Shown one piece after another: positions 59,287-64,000 of a stretch of 64,000 nucleotides of DNA. Each line of letters begins with the position of its first letter. Position 1 is the stretch's first letter. The notes under the pieces were generated by a model. That model did not search any database and had not been told where the DNA came from. It saw only the letters and a list, made by a program, of their open reading frames with translations. This stretch comes from an uncultured virus (IMG/VR IMGVR_UViG_3300024507_000487) (lineage: Duplodnaviria; Heunggongvirae; Uroviricota; Caudoviricetes). The stretch lies in the IMG/VR virus record IMGVR_UViG_3300024507_000487, one strand, 5' to 3'. Position numbers and translations under genes: made by a program.

Positions 59287-59477
59287 TTTTTATCCCTCGT
59301 TGTATTGATAATTTCATTTCTCATAATTTTAAAATCTTTTGGAGCATTTATTTTTACTTTTGCTTTATTTATGCTTATCTTATCTGCAAGAAGTGTTATT
59401 ACTATGTTTCCAGATGGAGTGAAAATAGTAAAAGACTCTCCAAAATTTCTTGTAAAAACTAAATTCCCTGTTTCCAT
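59283..59477 (-). CDS. csrA: Carbon storage regulator CsrA-like RNA-binding protein
   Basis: LVFTRNFGESFTI...IVITLL...AKVKINAPKDFKIMRNEI; AGGAG SD before METGN. Confidence 0.8.
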   Translation of the reverse strand: METGNLVFTRNFGESFTIFTPSGNIVITLLADKISINKAKVKINAPKDFKIMRNEIINTTRDKK

Positions 59478-59491
59478 TTTATCTCCTATCT

Positions 59492-59554
59492 TGGTGGGCG
59501 GTTTGATCAACAAGATCACGCAACTTATCCCACCACGGTAAATTGCTACCGCCC
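59492..59554 (-). ncRNA. tRNA-like element copy 1 (63 nt, ACCA end)
   Basis: GGGCGGT...ACCGCCC-ACCA acceptor-type stem enclosing two hairpins, one TGATC-TTGTT-GATCA. Confidence 0.6.
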
Positions 59555-59558
59555 ATAA

Positions 59559-59777
59559 TTATTTGTTAATAGAATCCAATATAATTTTAATTGAATCAAG
59601 CTTAATGTTTAGTTCTTTTATTCTATTAGTAAGTTCCTTATTTTCATCTTTTAAGTTATTATTTACTATTTCAAAATCCTTGTTATCTATTTCTAGATCT
59701 TGCAACTTTGTTTTTAATATAGCTAAATTGATTTGATCTTCAGACTTTACAAATATATTCTTAAGAAACTTGAACAT
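59559..59777 (-). CDS. Coiled-coil hypothetical protein
   Basis: AGGAGG SD; heptad pattern. Confidence 0.6.
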   Translation of the reverse strand: MFKFLKNIFVKSEDQINLAILKTKLQDLEIDNKDFEIVNNNLKDENKELTNRIKELNIKLDSIKIILDSINK

Positions 59778-59937
59778 AAATCCTCCTTGAGTTAGGGTTA
59801 TATTAGTTTATTCGACAATAACTACTTTTCATTTAGAACTTCTTCCATAGAGTACATAATTAAAAAATAAATTATATACCAAATCAACAGTTCTATATAA
59901 GGTCTATATTCCATAGCGTATATAAATACGCCATATA

Positions 59938-60579
59938 TTAAAAGCCATTAGTCCAAATATAAGAACGAAAATCACCATACGCCCAAATAAGTTTAAATCC
60001 TTCTAGTTCTTTTTCGCACAATGGATATTGTACACCGCTGAGAGAAAGTTCTTTGTATACAACTTGTTCAAGAGACTCGCCATTTTCTAATTTATTTCTC
60101 CAAGTAATACGATTTAAGGCAGTACCAAGATAGCCACCATGAGGCATCATTTTTTCTAAAATTAAAAATGCTCCACCATTCTTACATTTGTGTTTAAGTT
60201 TTTCTATAAAGTCAGTTCTTTTACTTGGATGAATAAAGCACAATGCTAAAATACTTGTTGCGAAAGAAAACTCTCTTATACATATATCTAGCATGTCGCC
60301 TATTATTAGACTTTGATAATCACCAATATAGTACGGTTCCATTTCTTGACATTTTTCAATAGCATAAAACTCAATATTTCTTTCTTTTATTTTATCTCTT
60401 AATGCTAATCCAACATTGCCTGTACTTGCCCCAAAATCATATACCACACTATCTGGTTCCATATATACAGATGCAATTTCTGGCAAGAAATGTCTTAAAA
60501 AATCTTCATGCCAAAATAATTGACCTTTAATGTGTTCATTAAAAGTTGGCGCTGCTTTTGCAAAATCAAACATGATCAA
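59938..60579 (-). CDS. cmoA: CmoA-like (carboxy-SAM synthase-like) SAM enzyme
   Basis: FDF...FNEHIKGQLFWH, VYDFGASTG, LCFIHPSKR, GGAFLILEK, K.ENG.S...K..SL.GV. Confidence 0.7.
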   Translation of the reverse strand: MIMFDFAKAAPTFNEHIKGQLFWHEDFLRHFLPEIASVYMEPDSVVYDFGASTGNVGLALRDKIKERNIEFYAIEKCQEMEPYYIGDYQSLIIGDMLDICIREFSFATSILALCFIHPSKRTDFIEKLKHKCKNGGAFLILEKMMPHGGYLGTALNRITWRNKLENGESLEQVVYKELSLSGVQYPLCEKELEGFKLIWAYGDFRSYIWTNGF

Positions 60580-61484
60580 TCCTTAATAGTTTCCTTATGA
60601 TATTTATTTAAGCATTCCGCAATATATTTAACTGAAGGAACATGCATTCCACAATATTTATACTTATCTGTATCTGAGGCATTAGTTAAATGCCAATCAT
60701 CGGGAAAACCCATCAGTCTAAGTCTTTCTGTTGGCGTTACTCTTCGTATATTTCCTTTAGACACTACTAAATCTGTAAAAGATTTATAATCTCTTTTAGT
60801 TAATGTGGAGGATACTCCGCATTCATCAAATTGATCACTTCTTTGGCGAGTAAAGTAGGCAAAGGCTTGTTCCCTTTTTTCGCTCTGCTCAAAATACCAC
60901 TTAAAGCTTTTTTTGACAGACTGTACTTTTCGTTCACATTCTGTTGTACTACGCTCTCCAAGTTGGAAGATATCGGCGTTGGCGGAGATTCCATCACGGA
61001 CTCCGAGAATGTAAACTCTGCGTCTTCTTTGTGGTGTTCCGCAGAATTGTGCATCAATGGTCGTATAAGTCGCATCGTACCCGATTTTGGCAAGGTCTGA
61101 GAGAATTGTGTTAAGCCCTCTTCTAAGGAGCATAAAGACATTTTCAATGACACAATATTTTGGTCTGACTTCTGTGACTGCTCTAAAGAATTCTTTCCAG
61201 AGAATAGATCTTTTTCCATAAATACCGTCCTTTGTTTTACTTGCTATAGAAATGTCTGTGCAAGGAAATCCGCCCACGATCACATCAAACTGATTTGATT
61301 GATATGTTATTTTTGTAACATCGCCAAAGTTTGGTATAGATGGAAAATTCTTTTTTAATACTTCGCTAGGATATTTGTCTATTTCTGCGTTGGCTGTTAT
61401 TTCGTAATTACCAGCTTGTTGAAAAGCCAGAGAAAAACCACCAATACCAGCAAACATATCATAAACTTTTAAAGTTTCTTCCAT
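60576..61484 (-). CDS. dcm: DNA cytosine-C5 methyltransferase
   Basis: FAGIGG, GGFPCTD, IENV, PQRRRRVY, TPTERLRLMGFPDDW. Confidence 0.93.
   Translation of the reverse strand: MEETLKVYDMFAGIGGFSLAFQQAGNYEITANAEIDKYPSEVLKKNFPSIPNFGDVTKITYQSNQFDVIVGGFPCTDISIASKTKDGIYGKRSILWKEFFRAVTEVRPKYCVIENVFMLLRRGLNTILSDLAKIGYDATYTTIDAQFCGTPQRRRRVYILGVRDGISANADIFQLGERSTTECERKVQSVKKSFKWYFEQSEKREQAFAYFTRQRSDQFDECGVSSTLTKRDYKSFTDLVVSKGNIRRVTPTERLRLMGFPDDWHLTNASDTDKYKYCGMHVPSVKYIAECLNKYHKETIKD
60800..61219 (-). CDS. Nested alternative-frame ORF in the C5-MTase gene (beta-subunit-like)
   Basis: 139 aa open inside dcm; TLPKSGTM and LESVV...KYSLSKKALSGILSRAKKGNKPLP motifs. Confidence 0.55.
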   Translation of the reverse strand: MEKDLFSGKNSLEQSQKSDQNIVSLKMSLCSLEEGLTQFSQTLPKSGTMRLIRPLMHNSAEHHKEDAEFTFSESVMESPPTPISSNLESVVQQNVNEKYSLSKKALSGILSRAKKGNKPLPTLLAKEVINLMNAEYPPH

Positions 61485-61497
61485 GATAATCCTTGTT

Positions 61498-61568
61498 TGG
61501 TGGGCGGTTTAGCCAACAAGGCTAATTAGTAGAAGTTTCCCTGCCTAGTGAATCAACTACTACCGCCC
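61498..61568 (-). ncRNA. tRNA-like element copy 2 (71 nt, ACCA end)
   Basis: Same GGGCGGT/ACCGCCC-ACCA stem; TAGCC-TTGTT-GGCTA hairpin covaries with copy 1. Confidence 0.6.
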
Positions 61569-61577
61569 ATATATTTA

Positions 61578-61904
61578 CTATACTTCTTCAGAAAATTTTT
61601 CTAGAGTAACAATCTTTTTTTCACCACTTATAATAACTTTATTCTTTAATACATCCCATGTTAATAATCCATCTACACTATCATAATTTTGAAAATCATA
61701 TTTATATATCGGTTCTACTATGTATGATTTATCACTATAAACATCATCGCCCCAATCAACAACATAACTTTGATCTTGCATGATAATTACATTACTTATT
61801 ATTGATATTTCTTTATTTTCATAAGAAAACATTACATATACTTTTGATATGTGAATGTCATTTAATCTTTTGAATAACTCACTTTTTGTCATCTGTTTTT
61901 CCAC
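61578..61904 (-). CDS. Hypothetical protein
   Basis: 108-aa ORF. Confidence 0.55.
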   Translation of the reverse strand: MEKQMTKSELFKRLNDIHISKVYVMFSYENKEISIISNVIIMQDQSYVVDWGDDVYSDKSYIVEPIYKYDFQNYDSVDGLLTWDVLKNKVIISGEKKIVTLEKFSEEV

Positions 61905-62202
61905 TTAATTTATGACAAAATGCTTCAACAATTTCTTTATACATGTTTTTATCCAAAATAGTCTTTAGCCTATAAACTTCTTTCAAAAGCTTTTGTATAT
62001 CTTCTATAGAATTAACTAAAAATTTTAAGTCTTCTTCCGTAGATACATCTGCAATCCATTCTCCATGATAAAAATATGCTCGCTCCTTACTTTCTGAATA
62101 TATGCTTGTTTTTCCATTTTCAGAATACGAAGAAACCCAAGGACCAGGAGTTGCTCTGTATAATCTATTTTCTATTTCACGCAATTCTTTTTCTGACAAC
62201 AT
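61879..62202 (-). CDS. Ead/Ea22-like phage protein
   Basis: ELREIENRLYRATPGPW...DLKFL...DIQKLLKEVYRL. Confidence 0.6.
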   Translation of the reverse strand: MLSEKELREIENRLYRATPGPWVSSYSENGKTSIYSESKERAYFYHGEWIADVSTEEDLKFLVNSIEDIQKLLKEVYRLKTILDKNMYKEIVEAFCHKLSGKTDDKK

Positions 62203-62333
62203 GGCTTAATAAGCCCTTTCAATCTTCTTATTTCTGCAATAAGCTTGGTAACATTTTCATTAGAAACCCAATTTCCATTATTGGATTGCATGTCTTTTTC
62301 AATCTCTTGAATAAATTCTTCTGTTACTTCCAT
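62172..62333 (-). CDS. Small hypothetical protein (53 aa, not in the ORF track)
   Basis: GAGGAG SD; MEVTEEFIQEIEKD...KLIAEIRRLK. Confidence 0.55.
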   Translation of the reverse strand: MEVTEEFIQEIEKDMQSNNGNWVSNENVTKLIAEIRRLKGLIKPCCQKKNCVK

Positions 62334-62569
62334 AACTTAAACTCCTCATAAATAAGTTGTTGGCACTCATGAATTACTTTTATCTTTATCATTTGTTTTT
62401 CTGAATAAGCAGGAACATCATTAATAGATTCGTCTGGTATAACTCTTTGTTCCATCTCATAAAGGTTATTCATTAATTTTTCACCAATTTCCTTGTGATA
62501 AATATATTGTTTATAATAACTTCCAACCAATGCTAAAATCACTAATAAAAAAACATTAATAGGTTTCAT
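62324..62569 (-). CDS. Small membrane-anchored protein
   Basis: N-terminal TM segment. Confidence 0.55.
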   Translation of the reverse strand: MKPINVFLLVILALVGSYYKQYIYHKEIGEKLMNNLYEMEQRVIPDESINDVPAYSEKQMIKIKVIHECQQLIYEEFKLWK

Positions 62570-62885
62570 TTTTCATCATAAAATATTTAAAAAGCGTTTC
62601 TACTAAATCTTCTGCTGATTGATTTGCCAATATTGCATCTTGATCATTTAATTGCATTAGCTTTCCTGCTGGATCAATAATGGCTATTTCTGCATCACTT
62701 GATTTTAAAAATTTCTTATCTTCTTTGCCTAAATTTTCGCAGTAGTTTCTTACTCCAAATCTTACTGACAAAGTATATCCATTCTTAAAACCAATTTTAA
62801 ATCCATTGCCATCTTTTTTATTGCAGGAAAACATATTTTTCTCCTGCTTGCGTCCAAACATTCGGTGCATAGGATCTGTAGTCAT
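62556..62885 (-). CDS. Hypothetical phage protein
   Basis: GFKIGFKNGYTLSVRFG..NYC...AEIAI. Confidence 0.6.
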   Translation of the reverse strand: MTTDPMHRMFGRKQEKNMFSCNKKDGNGFKIGFKNGYTLSVRFGVRNYCENLGKEDKKFLKSSDAEIAIIDPAGKLMQLNDQDAILANQSAEDLVETLFKYFMMKNETY

Positions 62886-63015
62886 ATGCTTTTGCTTTTT
62901 CCAGTTCTAATCTTAGATTTTTAATCTCATCAACAAGAAGCAAACACAATCTTCTTGGATCTCCAAAAACATCTCTTGTTTCTATAACTAATTTAATTTT
63001 TTCTTCATCTGTCAT
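62818..63015 (-). CDS. Hypothetical protein
   Basis: 65 aa, LVDEIKNLR. Confidence 0.5.
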   Translation of the reverse strand: MTDEEKIKLVIETRDVFGDPRRLCLLLVDEIKNLRLELEKAKAYDYRSYAPNVWTQAGEKYVFLQ

Positions 63016-63197
63016 TTTATTTTCCGTATTTTATTTTCTATTGAACAAATAACTTTTAATATTTCTAAACCGCACTTTTCATCTATAATCTTATTCGCCT
63101 CTTCTTCAAAGATTTTTAGTATTTTTTGATTTTTTCTTATACTTTTTATCGTTAGAAAACTTAAAATTATTAGTAATAGAAAAAGTAAATATGTCAT
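63012..63197 (-). CDS. Small membrane-anchored protein
   Basis: N-terminal TM segment. Confidence 0.5.
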   Translation of the reverse strand: MTYLLFLLLIILSFLTIKSIRKNQKILKIFEEEANKIIDEKCGLEILKVICSIENKIRKIK

Positions 63198-63393
63198 TTA
63201 TGTCACCGAATACATCAGGATTTTTTTTAGATATTTGTTTTAAATGATAATCCCAAGGAAAATGTCTTAAAAGTCTTTTTGCTGAAAGTCTTATGTATTT
63301 TGGAACTTTTGGCGTTTTTTTGGGATTAATTAAATCTATTAAAAAATCTCTAGTTTGTATCACACTCCTTGTTCTTTCTTGTGGCAATGTCAT
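63106..63393 (-). CDS. BPSL0761-like protein
   Basis: MTLPQERTRSVIQTRDFL...TPKVP..IR..AKRLLRHFP. Confidence 0.65.
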   Translation of the reverse strand: MTLPQERTRSVIQTRDFLIDLINPKKTPKVPKYIRLSAKRLLRHFPWDYHLKQISKKNPDVFGDINDIFTFSITNNFKFSNDKKYKKKSKNTKNL

Positions 63394-63574
63394 TTTTTAG
63401 CCTTTCTATTTCTAGTAAAAGAAAATGTATTGCACATCTTGCATTTGCCAAATAGCATTCTCCATAATGCTTATCTACTTTTGGTTTCCATGTTTCTTTT
63501 ATTTTGTTTAACTGCTCATTGTTCATTATGATTTTCCAAAAATATAGGAGTGCCTTCGCCCATGTATGCACCAA
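63350..63574 (-). CDS. Hypothetical protein
   Basis: Probable start MNNEQ; LLLEIERLK. Confidence 0.5.
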   Translation of the reverse strand: MVHTWAKALLYFWKIIMNNEQLNKIKETWKPKVDKHYGECYLANARCAIHFLLLEIERLKNDIATRKNKECDTN

Positions 63575-63782
63575 CCATATTATATTCGTAAAACTCTATA
63601 GCTTCTTCAGTTGTCATGCCTTGTTCTTCTACCATTTTATGTAAAATCTTATTAGTGTCATAGATTATTTTATAATCATGAAATATTCTTCCAACTCCAA
63701 TTATACAATCGTCATAACCATTTGCATACAAAGGGTTTGCTCCAATTTCTTCGCAATAAATTTCAGCTTCTTCTCTTGTCAT
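63516..63782 (-). CDS. Hypothetical phage protein
   Basis: GYDDCIIGV...YDTNKI...GMTTEEAIEFYEYN..GAYMGEGTPIF. Confidence 0.65.
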   Translation of the reverse strand: MTREEAEIYCEEIGANPLYANGYDDCIIGVGRIFHDYKIIYDTNKILHKMVEEQGMTTEEAIEFYEYNMVGAYMGEGTPIFLENHNEQ

Positions 63783-64000
63783 TTTTCTTCATCCTCTTAA
63801 ATTTCTTTACGGCAGCTATTAACTTTTTAGTTCTTTCTTTAATAATAGCTTCATCCTGTTTTAGTTTCTTGTCAAAAGACTGAATATTTTTAATCTCTAT
63901 TTTTTGTTCTAGTTCATAATAATAAGAAAGCTTCGCTTTCTTTTTAAGACATTCATCGCATATATAAATTTCTATTCGTGCATTTTCTTCATATGGATCA
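63763..64000 (-). CDS. 3' part of a hypothetical gene (partial)
   Basis: Frame open from the window edge (DPYEENARIEIYICDEC...) to TGA at 63763. Confidence 0.5.
   Translation of the reverse strand, partial: DPYEENARIEIYICDECLKKKAKLSYYYELEQKIEIKNIQSFDKKLKQDEAIIKERTKKLIAAVKKFKRMKKNDKRRS

Noticed and set aside
59492..61568. Calling the two elements canonical tRNA genes or att sites
   Set aside because: No D-arm, TTC loop or clear anticodon arm; the interiors differ while structure is conserved, which is unlike an att duplication
6409..62351. Many short opposite-strand or out-of-frame ORFs in the track (e.g. 6409..6768, 9038..9382, 14805..15095, 40866..41108, 60831..61100)
   Set aside because: Shadows of real genes, with no SD or protein-like motifs
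1..64000. Stop-codon reassignment as the cause of the fragmented dnaE
   Set aside because: Standard code gives dense full-length genes using all three stops, and the dnaE gaps contain whole intervening genes

Overview
AT-rich, gene-dense segment of a large tailed dsDNA phage genome. The host is probably a member of Planctomycetota, inferred from a Tat-signal DUF1501 gene, csrA and Planctomycete-style secreted proteins. Layout: probable virion genes on + (1-6.2 kb); a ~10-gene glycosylation cluster with phoH (8.1-18 kb); a replication/recombination block (ssb, dnaE, dnaQ-like exonuclease, dNMP kinase, dnaG, dnaB, recA); class II RNR, thyX, def and denV; an inverted + strand cassette (Arg/Leu-transferase-like, HAD phosphatase, pduO); then DUF1501, csrA, a CmoA-like gene coupled to a C5 DNA methyltransferase, and small ORFs. 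The most notable observations are: (1) DnaE encoded in three pieces, with one intein-free break and one split intein flanking a free-standing endonuclease; (2) two covarying 63/71-nt tRNA-like elements ending in ACCA directly before ribosome-binding sites; (3) a GTGTAWT candidate promoter inside RBS-occluding hairpins of endonuclease genes; (4) a CmoA-Dcm pair that may carboxymethylate DNA, with a nested alternative-frame ORF; (5) a structured ~350-nt non-coding region. All family calls come from motif recognition by eye, and no database search was run.
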